From the NCBI GenBank assembly GCA_964035545.1, contig OZ037765.1, forward strand, positions 13,960,698 to 14,024,697: a stretch of DNA of 64,000 nucleotides. Direction: 5' to 3'. Below the pieces are notes generated by a model. The model saw nothing but the letters and a program-made list of their open reading frames with translations. It searched no databases and was not told where the DNA came from. The position numbers and the translations under genes are program-made. Shown here in pieces: positions 25,571-39,200 of the stretch. Each line of letters starts with the position of its first letter. Within the stretch, counting starts at the first letter, position 1. The stretch comes from Bugula neritina (Eukaryota > Animalia > Bryozoa).

Positions 25571-27239
25571 ATATATGATATAGATTAAATAATAAATTGA
25601 AATATTCATATTAGTGTTAATGTAATTCAAATTGTTTGTTCAACTTTGAGTTATACTTCAACTTAGCCTCATAAATATTAATTAATAATTTATAGTTATG
25701 AAATTAACTTCAAATGAGTATTGTAACTTGATAATTTTATTATTATTATAAATTATATTTATGCTAAGCCTAATAGCAATACTAATACTAATAGTGATAC
25801 TAATGCTAATACTAATAGTAATAATAATCTATAATTATATGATATTATTAATAATATTATTATCAATAATTACAACAATGGTAATAATACCTATGGCTAT
25901 ATTATTATTTGTAATATATTTGTAATATTCTAAAATAAAATAACTGGAAATCAAAACACTTTTCAACTATCACTATGATGTCGAACTATACCTAAGTATA
26001 TTAATATTATCATATTTCTAATATACTTATATTTAGAGTTTATAGTAGTAATAGTTGAAAATAAAAACTGTTTTGATTTTCATTTTTATTTTTAGTAAAC
26101 CATACAGTTTATACTATAACTTATAGTAATAGCTAATGGTATACTTATACTAATAGTAATCATATACTTATAGTGTTGCTTTTACTTTTAGTTTTACACT
26201 TGAACTTTCCTTCTAGCGTTAATTTCAACAGTAGGTAATTGTCATTGTAACAATTCTTAATCATTGATGCTGATAATGATTGCCGCAATGGTAATCACCA
26301 TATGAATGCAAATGATGATTACAATCACAATGTAAACATCAACATGACTCACTATGACTCACTGTTCATTCTAAGTAGTAGTAGCATCAGCAGCAGTAGT
26401 AGTAGTACACGTAGTACTGCTTAGTATAAGTTCTATTATTGTAATATCTAACTGTATGTAATAGTTTCATAGTTACTGATAGTGGTGGTGTTACAGTTAC
26501 ACTAAAATAAAAGTAAGCAATTGCAAAACATCAAATTTAAAGATAAAAGTGATCGACAATGCCTATAGTTATTGACGTGGTAGTTGAAAATGTTTAATAT
26601 CAATTTCAATGTGAATTTTCCATCAATACTAATATTTATGTTAACAATTTCGTTGCTATTATAGTAAAAATGTTATAATTATTGCTGCTGTTGCTGCTAC
26701 TACCACCACAACCACCACCATTATAGTTATAGTCAATGTTATATAATAAGACACCCATAGTTCATATGCCTAAAGCATAGAATTAGAAACAGCTTCATTT
26801 CAAGTTATGTTTAGTTAGTTCTCTTAAGTTTTGTAAAGCTGATGTCATCCACAGAAGCACAAACTATGCTATTTTATGTTTAAAATAATGTCTAAGTTTG
26901 CTAGTTTGGTTTTGGCTAATAAATCAAAAAATTTAGCTTGTTTCAGTTACAGAATTTTAAAATGAAACAGGCAATGTTAACTTATGTATTAATTGTTATA
27001 AGAACTGATTGTGATGTAACTCGTCAGCTCAAATTTACTTAGCAGCTCGATGGAACAGATTTTTCTTTGCTTGGCAATTGTGTATCACAAACGTTATTAA
27101 AGAATAATTTATATTTGTTATAATTTTTGGAAACTAATTTTATTGTGTTGCTGCTTTTAGCTTTCAAAAGTTTGGAAAATGTAGTTTGACTTATATAGTT
27201 GTTTACATTTTTTTAGGTTTTAGCCTTTCAGCTTCAAAG

Positions 27240-30200
27240 ATGAATAGGTTTATACTGTACTTCTGGTACTTGGTGCTCATGTGGAACAGTTGTGCTGTAT
27301 TTTCTTCAGCACTCTCCATTGTCTCTAGCGAGGATTTCGACAAACCAATACAAACTTTATTATTAAGAGGGGACACACTATTTGTTGGTGGAACTGATAC
27401 CCTGTATAATGTGAATGCTAACACATTGTTGCTAAACACAAGTTATATATTATTTAACTATGCAATAGCTGCAAATACTCCTTTGCCAACCATTCTCTAC
27501 TTAGGAGAGGGAATGGACAACCGTATTATATTTTGCAGTGAATACAATGGCCAATGTCGGATAATCACAACTGATGCTCAGGATCGTATAGTCTCAGTGT
27601 ACAATTCATCCAACAATATAGTCGCAAATAAACGAAACAGCTCAGTTTTATTTGTCAACACAAAGTATGACAACATTGATGATGCTATTTGGGTAATAAG
27701 TTCTTTTGGTACAGAAATTTCCAAGGTTCCAGCTTTAGCTGTACGACTTCCTGCTACCTTGAAGTACTACAGAGACTCTGATTTTGCTTTATCTGGCACT
27801 GAAATACTTGGCAGTTTTCTCAAGTACACACAGGGTGCTTCATCAAGTTTTGTCTATGGCTTTGCATCCTCAGGATTTGTTTTTTATGTGAAAAATAAAG
27901 GTGGTAAAGCTTATATCGGAGCAACATGTGACAATGATGATAAGTTCTCTTCATTAGTTGAGTTTCGCTTGGTATGTAACAGTGATGGTGGTGAGCTTCG
28001 GGAATACATACAAGCTGCTACTCTGGCGAAGGCTGGAAATCTGCTATATTACTTTTTAAATCAACAGTCACAGTCATCACTAAAGCCAGATGACGATTTC
28101 CTCTATGCTGTGTTTGGAGCAGATAGCATAACTTCTTCTACATCTATATGCATATTTAGTGTTGAGGTTCTTGCAAATTTGGCTAACACTATTTATACTA
28201 AATGTCATGTGGAAGGAGATAAGCACAATGTTGTAGTTGGCCCTTCGGAGCTGACGACGGCATATCCAGATTGCGCTGTCTACAAGGTGTGTTTTGGGTT
28301 TTTACTCTTCAAATTTTGATTGACAGCTGTAGGTTTTGTTATGTAAGCAGTCTGGTGTACCATAAAAAGTCTGTGGAGACTGTAAATTTTCACTTTTTTG
28401 CTGAATGATATCATTCTAAATTTGTAAATACTTTCAAATGTATTCTGTAGGGTTTTAACAACACACCTGCGCTTACTTCGTGTCAAATCATCAAGTATCC
28501 TGGGTATGGACGTTTGTATGGCAACAGTCCTCTCCAATACTTAGTTCCCACGATACAGCACAGTATATTCGATCTCACATTTTCAGTTAATGCTATTACT
28601 GTATCTATCGTTCAGCCCTACACTGTTGTGTTCACTACTTCACCCAATGGGTTTATACGCAAGGTAAGACTAATTCATTTTAAAAGCGGTACTAAATGTA
28701 TGATCTCTAACTTTTTCAAAATAGAAATATATGATATTAAACTACATTAGTTTGTGTGTTTTGTTTGCTTTAGATTGTGATTACTGAGCGTTCTTTAAAC
28801 AAAGTCTACAACACTGTCGATTTGAATCCACATATGAGGAATCCAGCTTCTTTACTAACAGATATTGCTGTTAACAACAACTTTATATATGCATTAACAA
28901 GCAAGCAAGTGTTTGGTGTACCCATCCATCATTGCGATGTGCCTACTAGCTGCCAAGCGTGTAGTGAACTTGGGGACCCTCACTGTGGCTGGTGTGTTCT
29001 CAGCAACAAGTAAGTGCAAGCTGCAGACTGTCTCTTCTTTCTCAGTTTAGTCCACTCAGGTTTGGGCCAAGCCTTGGTTTATCATGTGTACATTATTTAG
29101 ATGTTCTGCCCGGAACGAGTGTGAGAAGTCTGGTGTCACAGGGCACTGGCTACAGGAGTCATATGGTAGTCTTGGCTCAGGCTGCGTCCTTCCAACTATG
29201 GAAGAAACAATGATTTCTCTCCAGAAGCATGCTGATGACACTGCATTTCAGGTAATACTTCCTGATTACAAGAATGATCCATACCTTTCATTATTGATTT
29301 AGTATTGTCCCATGATTGTTCAATGGCTTTTGTGTAACTGAAAGGAATTTTTTTTCAAAATACTAAAGCTACTTAGTTCTACTAAAAGCATTATGACATC
29401 ACTTTTTATGTTGTGATATACATCTGTGTCTGCACCTTGCTGGTGAACATTAAGCAAATACTTTGGAGTACAATAATGTGTCCGTAGTATAACGGAAATA
29501 CTGTGATGATGTTGCTAATGTAAAACCATGAAGCTTTCTCTGATTATGCTCAAGTAAATTCATAATTATTTTTGTTAAATTCGTTGCTAATTTGTAGGCT
29601 GTCTACATTGTGGTGTTTCCATGAAACATTTATCTGTTTCTTGTCAACCCCATTTTTATGAAACTGATGTCGTTGTGAAAACAGTACATTTTGCATATTC
29701 AAAAAAAATTAGGTAACTGATTTTTTTTAAAAGAAGTTTAAATATGTTATGTTTATATAAGCTATAAAGCATCAATAATTCGTTGCAAGATTTATTCTAA
29801 ACAGCTCAATAAGAACAGCATGAAAGTTTCTGCTCACAGTTCTGTTTTTGTGATGACCAGTTTCTAAAGCAGCCATTTTTACGGGAACATCAGTGTGGGC
29901 AGGCTTTTATATGACGTAATATAATATAAACCGTTTCCCCCTCTTTTGATTAGCTTAAGGTAAATCTCAACCAAGTGCCAGAGCTAGAAGGGAACGAAAC
30001 CTATCGTTGTTGCTATCTTAGTGGTGCATCAGAGCTGTGTACTGATGCAGAAAAGTTGGTATCTGTACTCTTCTCCGACTCAACACCTTTTATAGCATGC
30101 GTGAATGTTGATCTGCAGCATATTTCACAGAGCATACCCAGTGGAGAAGGTAACAAGTATAGGATTTTATGTATGTTTAGCATTTTTTTTGCTCTTAATA

Positions 30201-33200
30201 TTCTTTCCTGATACATTTTATCATGTTATTGTTGTGGAAGCTTTCTCACTACCGCTTTGCTATTATTCTCTAGATCACGTCACAACTGACTTGAAGCTTA
30301 TGATTGATGACACCCTCTTCACTAGTATTGAGATCACCTTTTATAGTTGCTCTAAGCACACCAGGTACCACATTATATGATAACTGTTTTCACATGATTT
30401 TAGACCCATAGTAGCCTCTCCAAAGACATTGTTGTGTGGAATATGCATTTTTATTTGTTGTAGCTGCACTTCTTGTGTCACAACCCTGTCAGACTTCTCA
30501 TGCAACTGGTGTCTGGGCTCACACCTGTGTTATGAGACTGGTTCTAACAATATCTGTGATGGGTCAGCAGTAACTAATACCCTGCAGTTGGTAGCTGGAC
30601 AACAAAGAGGTGCTGCCAGTTGCCCCAGAGTAGAGCCTTTAGATGATTCTATTTACTTGGTAGCTGCCGATGCTCACCCTGAAAACCTCAAGTTTAACCT
30701 CTACAACCAGCAGGTTGGTCATCTGAAGTGCTTTACATAAATCTTTACTATCACATTTGTATGTACTTATAAGTGTTTGTTTCTCTCTGTTATATACGGT
30801 CTGCGATGATTACTGCTGTATTATTTGGTAGGACACTGACTTGGGTTACACATGTGAACTAAGATGGGATAATGGGCAAACACTAAGTCTTGAAGCAATA
30901 GTCAGCCAATCTACCAACCCCAGCACTCTTGAATGCCTTGTACCTGATGAACAAAAGCTCGATTATGATGGACCTGAGAAGGTGATGAAGGTAAAAGTCA
31001 GGATTAAGATCAAAGATTCAGAAACTTACTTGGACAACAGCCAAGATTCATACAGTGAGTGTTGTCATTCTACATAGAATCATGATGCATATAACTTTTC
31101 TGCCGCTCATAGCTCTTGAGTTCAGAGCATGTTGTTTAATACTCGGTCTACTATACTGTAATGCTGTTAGAATATGGTACACAGCCCAATTTCTATTGCT
31201 CAGACAGAAGCAAATGCTACAGTTTTTTTTTACAATATATGTTAGACATGTGTAATAATGATTTGCTTCTATGTGTTGTTGCTTTTGATGGATTGTCAAA
31301 TGAGTTTCTATTTATGTCCAACTGCCAAATTTGACTTTTGGTCTTATCTGTCTAATCATGATCTAACAGCCATACACTGACAAATATGGCAACTACTTCC
31401 TCATTTCTTCTGCTATATTCATTTTCTATTGTCGTATACTAGGGAATACTGTTCTTTCTTGATTGCCATGCTCAGTGAATGAGTTGTTAGTTAAAGACTC
31501 AAATACTCATTGTAGTTGAGTTGTATAAGTGTGAATTGATGGAACAAACATGCAGCGAATGCCTCAGCTTGGATGTCAAGTACAACTGTGGCTGGTGCCG
31601 CTCCAAAGACATCCGAGAATGCAGAGTAGCAGACCACTGTCCTTCTGGAACATCTTTTTTAAAGTCCACTGAAGATTCTTGTCCAGATGTTGAAATAATA
31701 TCTGTATGTTGTAACGTGGTTACTTTTATATTTGACTACAATAGTTATCAAGCTCCGTTCTTGGCTCATTTCATTGCTGTTGTCATTGACCCAGTGATTG
31801 TTACCTCAGATCTATTTACTTGTAAAATTTGCTGCCTTAAAATTTATTTAGGAATAACTTTTATAATGAATTCACAAAGTTTTAGATCAGACTTTAAAAT
31901 ATAAATTAGGAAACTATAAGATTTAGATTATAACTGAACATAGATGACGTGATTCGTTGTCAAGACTTAAAATTTATTTTCATCAGTTATAGAAATCTAT
32001 TGTGTCAACTGGAAGTAGAAATTTAAGAAGGTGTGTTTCTACTTTGCTGCAGATCAACCCTTCCAATGGCCCTATTCAGGGCGGTACTCGGGTTACCATA
32101 ACTGGGGTCAACCTGGGCCAGTCCTACAAGGAAATAAGGAATGGAGTGTCTATTAAGAGGGATGCCGGTGATGTGATGTGTATAGTAGACGAGACAGGAA
32201 GTTATAATCCTTCTCTTGTCGTCTGCACTCTACAGAGTACGAGTGAACCCGGTGCTGGCCTCCTCAGGGTCAACATTCAGAGCACAGAGAGCCTGTTTGC
32301 CGAGTCTGGTGGTAACTTCTCCATTTTGGTACGTCATTAATTCAAGTTTCATATTCCAAGTTACCTGTATGTCTCACCACTCACACGGCTAATGCTTATA
32401 CTGTACAATCATGTCATTTCCATGAATTAATCTCATTTCAACTGCAGCCATCTCAAAATATAGAAACAGGTTATAGTTTTTACTTTGTTGGTGTGATCCA
32501 GTTCCCATGTCAGCTTGAACTCAGTTCAGCTATAGGTCCATCAGTCTATGGAGGTCAAAAAATGAGGTATAAAAATGGTAGACTGACCACAAATAGTTGA
32601 ATGCTACTAACTTAAAATATTACATTTATAGTACAAATAGAAATAACTGGTGCTAGTAATATTTGTGGTGCTAATCTAAACTGTCCAAGCAGTTCAAAGT
32701 GATTTATATATTGTGATGTCCACTTGTAGGCATGTAAATGGTTGGAATAAGGTTTTAAAAATTGTGATCACAATTGCTGATAGATATGAAATAACTCATT
32801 GTAGTCCAATATATGTACCCATAATAGCTAAAAGGCCGACAACCTAAATGTACATAAATAGCTCTTCTACTATATGGCAGTCGAGGGGGACAACTGAGCA
32901 ATGTCAGACTGATAGGGTTATACAAATATTTACATTGAAAATGACTTCATAACTGAACTGGCTGCAGTCCAACTGAGATAGATCTATGGAACCCAGGGAA
33001 TTTAGTATTGATTTGTGTTCAAATTTTTAGTCCTTAGCAATTTGAAATTGAAGTGAAAACGTTTGTATGTTTCAAACTTGTTGTGCACTTGAACTTGCTG
33101 TACCCAGCAGTTGACACCTTGATTGGGGCAGTTGAAGGTCAACATGAGTTGAATAGTTCAATAAAATGGGACTGCTTCTAGTCAATAATAACCTATTGTA

Positions 33201-36200
33201 CACACAGTGTTGGTATCCCTGATGTTTTGTTCCTGTAGACTCCACCAGTCAGCCCCTCAGGTATTGTGACTTCCTTTGCACCAACAGATACAGTTCACAC
33301 ACTGCCCTCTGCATGAGTAATGACTAATAGCATTGAACTTGTATCTCTAGGAATGTTTATAAGTTGCTGTTTCTAACCCAACTCACAACAGTTCAGTTTG
33401 CCAAGGATTTTGCTGAATATTGATAATACAGACTATGATAATGATTTGCTACACATATTTATCCTTATCAGTTTGTATGTTCTGTTAGTGTTTATGCAAT
33501 TCATTTTGAGTCACGAATGCTGGTATAGCACTTTTGTTGAGTCTTCGTTGCTGAACTGCTATCATTGTGAAGCTAGTCTGCAAGTATTAGTTGGTGTTGT
33601 ACTGACAGCGACCTCAACCAGGTCATGTGACCGTTATGCACCCTGGTTATGTTCTGCCAACTACCCCAAGTAACCTGTCATATATCCCCACAAACATGAT
33701 TTCTTCTCACATCAATATGCAGTAGCTATTAAATAGTGTACAAATTCCAAATTATATTGATGAATGCACAATACATAATCATGTTGGTACTAGTTGCTAC
33801 CTGCAACTAGTTGAAAATCTATAGTCACTGGGCATAAGATACAGGTGTATGAGGTATAGGTGCAGGTGTATTAGGTATAAGTTATAGGTGTATTAGGTAT
33901 AGGTACAGGTGTATTAGGTATAGGGTACAGGTATATTAGGTATAAGGTACAAGGTTAATGATCATATGCTGTAATAGAATATAACAGGATAAGGTACCAT
34001 ATGCTGTATGACTGAAAAATGCTGAGTATGTGTAGCACCTGCCCTACAATGTATAACTATGGCTCTATTGAGTGAATGAGCTCTTAATCATTGTACATTC
34101 CATTAGTTGTTAAGTTGTTGACACAATTTTATGCTTCTCTACTCCATAATGGGCAATTTGTATGACTACTGATTACAAGCCATATTATTAACTTAAGAGG
34201 ACATGAGTTATTTGATTTATCTTATGCAAATACACAATTGCTTCGCTGAGCATTTTCTCTATGTTGCGATCATTCTTTATTTTGTACTTGACAATTGAAT
34301 GCATTATTTTTAATTAAATTCTTTCATCAAAGTTAACTTGATTTTAGTAAATCATTCACTTATGATTTTAAGTTCTTCAGCTATTCCAGTGCTATATCAC
34401 AACACTCTGTATTTAGCTCATATAGTCTTCTTTCCCTATACATGTTATAATAACCACACAGCACATAACTACACACAACGATAACTACATAATGATGACT
34501 GCACAACACCACCTTCATGCTCTCTCTGTCGCTGCCCTTGATACATTGACCCTTGTTAGTTGGAAAACATACTCTTTACTGAAAGGTTTCCATAAAGTTT
34601 TCGTTGACTTAAAAGTTGAGTAGCTGTCACTACATTTATATCGTTCTCATGTGACAATGCTTAGTCATGTCTAGTGGGTGTTGAGACTGAATAGGCAACA
34701 AGTGTGGTGTGATGATACTAGTACGGTAGTTGGTTACAACTGATGGACATAGTATAGAATACAGTATAGTGTAGTCTGTTATAGTATAGAAGTATATTAG
34801 CAGCTGCTATGCTAGTGTAATATGGTGCAATAATTTAGTGTAGTGTGTGACATATTGCTATGGTGTATACATAACATGTATTGCCCACTACAATTATTTG
34901 TGCACATTGTATACACAGTCCTGTATTATGTATCATAACAATATCCAGTTACTGTGTTCACTCAGGTACCAAGTATTAGCAGTCTCTCTACCAACGAAGG
35001 CCCAGTTTCTGGTGGAACACGAGTCACTTTACACGGTGAGAATGTGAATATTGGAGGTGAAAGAATGGTGATAATGAAGCTGAGCAGTGGAGTAGAGTTG
35101 AACTGTAGTCTCGTAACAAGGTCAGTCAAGATAGTCAATGTGTTTGGACATTTAGCTCATTTAAGATGCATTTATTGGATCAGCATATCCACTAGTGTGC
35201 TGGTCAAGACCAAGATAACTGAAATTTACGACTTCTTTTTGGCCACTCTGTACCCCCATGTTGTGCTACTAAATGCTATGGATAGCCTGATGTATATGCT
35301 CAAGCCTGAAAGAACACAGGATATGCAAAATTAATTTATATGACGTCTCTGAAAATGCTTTGTATAGTCATTCATGCAGAAGGAAATTCATTGAACTTTT
35401 CGAGTGTTGCTAAAATATTATACAAACTTCAAACAATTTTTTCTCATTTATCATAATAATCAACTTATAATTCAGTATTAAATGCACGATCTTAGCTTTA
35501 GTCTTCTGTATACTAATGGCGTCGGAAGACAACTCCAAGCCAAAGTTAGCTGAGAGTGTCCTAGTTCTCTGTTTGTGTGCTATGCTGCAATAAACTTCAT
35601 TATAGTCTACTTTTACTAAACAGTTAAAATATTTCTAGAAGCAGCACCTAGTTGGAGGTAATTGAGTAAAGTATTTGTATGTACACATTGCTGTGCAAAC
35701 TTCAAACCCCAAACCAATGCACTCAGTTACCACCATCTCGGTGCTGCTGCAAGCAATTTTCAGAAAGCTATGTGGAGTGAATAAGGCCATTTTTGTAGAT
35801 TTAGGAGGAGGGGAGGGGGCGGGTAGTTGTATGTGGTTATGTCTTGCATTTTCTCACAGCTTACAATATGTTATATTTTAACAGCAATAACACCAATGAG
35901 ATGGTATTCTTAACTCCTCGAGTCCCTGCTGCAACTTATGTGACAGAAATAACACTCCGTCTAGATGATTATACTGATATCAAAACTAACCCATCCAGTG
36001 CTGAGTTTTACTACAGGGCGGATTCCACAGTTACTAAACTCAACACCTATCACGGCATCATTTCGTGAGTTGACCTGAATAACTTTCTCTCAGGAATTAA
36101 CTTTTCGATATGTTGACTGAGTATGAATAAATGTTTGATTTATATTTTATTAGGTTTACTGTTGAAATTTGCTTTCATTTTCGAATTTTAAGAAAATTTA

Positions 36201-39200
36201 AAATGTGACATTTATAGCAAAAAGTTATGCTCAAAGAATCCTTATAATTCTAGTGCAACTTGTCATTATGAAACTGTTTTCTAAGCTGTGCTATTGATAA
36301 CGGCAGTTTCACTCAAAGTTTAATAAAAACACGAATGCAATGGAACTGATTCCATGTAGCTTATACTCCAAGGGCCAAAGTTAATTTTCAATGCTTTTTG
36401 TCAAATCCCTTTTATGTTTGTGGGTTTAAAATTCAATAAGTCATTTGTAATGCTGGCACCCATATGTTACCCCAATAAATGTTTTTATTAAAGTATTTTT
36501 TTCATCTGAAATATCTAATACGTTTTTTTCTGGTTTTACACTCATTTACAGTACGTAAGAGTCATCATTACCCTAAAACACTTATGAAACTTGAGCTCAA
36601 ACCTGATTATCAAATTACTAGTATAGGTTTTACCTTTTTACTTTGCAAGTTATAGAAAGAGGGGCATGGAAAGTTATTTAATAGACTCTTCAGTTTTGTT
36701 GTGTTGATTCTGTCATATATCCTACTCAGAGGAGGCACCACTCTAACTGTCATATTTTCTACTCAGAGGGGGCACCACCCTAACTGTCATATATCCTACT
36801 CAGAGGGGGCACCACCCTAACTGTCATATATCCTACTCAGAGGGGGCACCACCCTAACTGTCATATATTCTATTCAGAGGGGGCACAACTCTAACTGTTG
36901 ATGGATCATCTTTCAACATAATACAAGAGCCACTGATGTATCTGGAACCTGTTGGTGACATGACACGAACTCGCCGAGCTACTGATAGTACACTAACCAA
37001 GGTTTTCGCTTGCTCCACTCCAGATTCTAACCACCTCAAGTGTGAACTGCCCACTATTCCTAGCTCATGGCCAGCTGACTCTAATGGAACAATCCGTTGT
37101 AATTATGGATTTATTCTAGATGGTATTCAGGTCAGTTCCTTACTGTACTTTCCAGTATCTCTTTGTAGCAGTGTAACCTTTGTGGTCTACAAGTACCTTT
37201 ACAGGTTTGCTATTAGCTGCAATGTGTTTATAATTTACTTAAACTTACGAAATATTTGTGATAAAGTATCTGAAGTATGGTGTACTATGTCGTGGATACT
37301 ACTACTTCTTGAACAGCATGCTATACTGTGTCAGTTGAGCAACCTTCTGTGCATATTGGTTTTCCTGTTTTATCATTTAAAGTTACATAATCACCTCTTA
37401 TACACTACATTTCCATGATTCACATTACGTGAATGGATTTTTCATTGGCCGTCATGGAAATGCGGTGATAGATCATGTAAGCACTACATTTTCATCTTTT
37501 ATTGTATTTGATTTAATGCAACTGTTTCACTTATGCATATTTCAGGAAACACAAGATCTTGCTACTAAAAATAAAAACACGTTCAATATAGGAAAAGACC
37601 CATCATTTACAGTCTTTGGCGAAGTGCCTTTAGCTGAGAATCTGAAGATTGAGGTTTGTATTATCTAGATCTGTCATAATAACAATTCTATTTGACTATT
37701 CAGTGTCGCTATCGTACTCTATTAGCACTAATAGATAATAGTCTCTTACCACTAGTTGTTACTACTGGCACTAATTCATAATACTTGCAGTACTCACTAG
37801 ATGGCAGTGGGCACTTTCACCGGGTCATTATCACCAGTTACTCCTAGTAGCTGTTGTCAATACTTGTGGTTTAGCCACTAATAGTTGGATTTTAGTGTAC
37901 CTAGTTTACTCATTTTATTATATAACTACTCACTCTGTAGAAGTATACTGTGATATTATCCGGAGTAAACATTCATGCTAACCTCATCTTTCACAGGGGG
38001 AGAATTTGTTATACATAGGCGGGCAAGACATAGTTCAACCAATAGTTCGAGTTGGCGTGGCTGGCTCTGGTGACAAATCAGGAACAGAGTTGGACTGTGA
38101 TGTCACAACTATACAGGATGACCTGCTGTACTGTGACATGCCGCAACTAGACTCACCATACAAGGAGTATGTAGTCACTGTGTACTACGGGAGTGTTGTC
38201 AGGGAAGAAGTCGGCACAGTTGTGGTCGCCTCTGACCCCCAGGTGCCAACGCTTACCATTGTTGCTATCGGTGTGAGCTGCGGTGTGCTCGTCATCATTG
38301 TCATCATCATAATTGTGGTGCTCAAGTGCAGGCTGAGTCAGACAGATCAAGGTATGAAAAAGCTACAGGACAAGATGGATAACCTGGAGATGACGGTAGC
38401 TAAAGAGTGTAAAGAAGGTACTTGTAATGCACCAGCTAGACCTGTTTTAGGTTATTGCTTATTAATTTTCTGAAGAGAAAGGCAACTTGGTATTTCCCCT
38501 TTTCTTTTAGATCTAATCCCAAGCATCCTTACCTGGTGTGAACACATTAGTCTATATTTACTGATCAAACATTTGTTGTTTTATATTGCAAGTATTTAGT
38601 CTTGGAGTGCCATTGCCTGGTGCTCATTGCAAGTATGTTGTAATTTATTTCCTCACCCAATATGTGTGTTGTTTAGCATTCACAGAGCTTCAAACTGATA
38701 TGACAGAAATGACTGCCGACATACAAGCATTGCATGGACTTCCATTTTACGAGTACAACCGGTACTGTGTGAAGGTGCTTTTCCCTCCCCTCCAAAGCGA
38801 GTATGAACACCCAGTGATGCGACCCTTAGAGGTGATGCACTTTTCTCGCTTTTATTAGGATTTTAAAATATTAGTGTCTTGTAGGGTAATAATATTTTAA
38901 TAATATTTCTCATATACTCAGTTCATTATTCAAGCAACACAGTAAGAGCACTAAGCAGTGGGAATATTTTTGACTGTTTTTACGTCCTATTTTAAACAAT
39001 TTCTGATAGCGTTGCGCAACTTGATGTCTCCAGGTTTCTGTGCAGCACGGCACATGGATGTATCTAATTGTGCAGCGCTATAAGAAATTTTATCTATGAC
39101 AAATTGGTATCTTCTATTGCTTCTCTAATATTATCATGGGTGGTATGCAGTTCAGCGAAGATAGGGATAGAGTGGAGCGTGGTATTCGTGAGTTGGCCTA

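Noticed and set aside
36710-36898. CRISPR-like 37-bp repeats
   Set aside because: Head-to-tail units without spacers, eukaryotic context and no cas genes.
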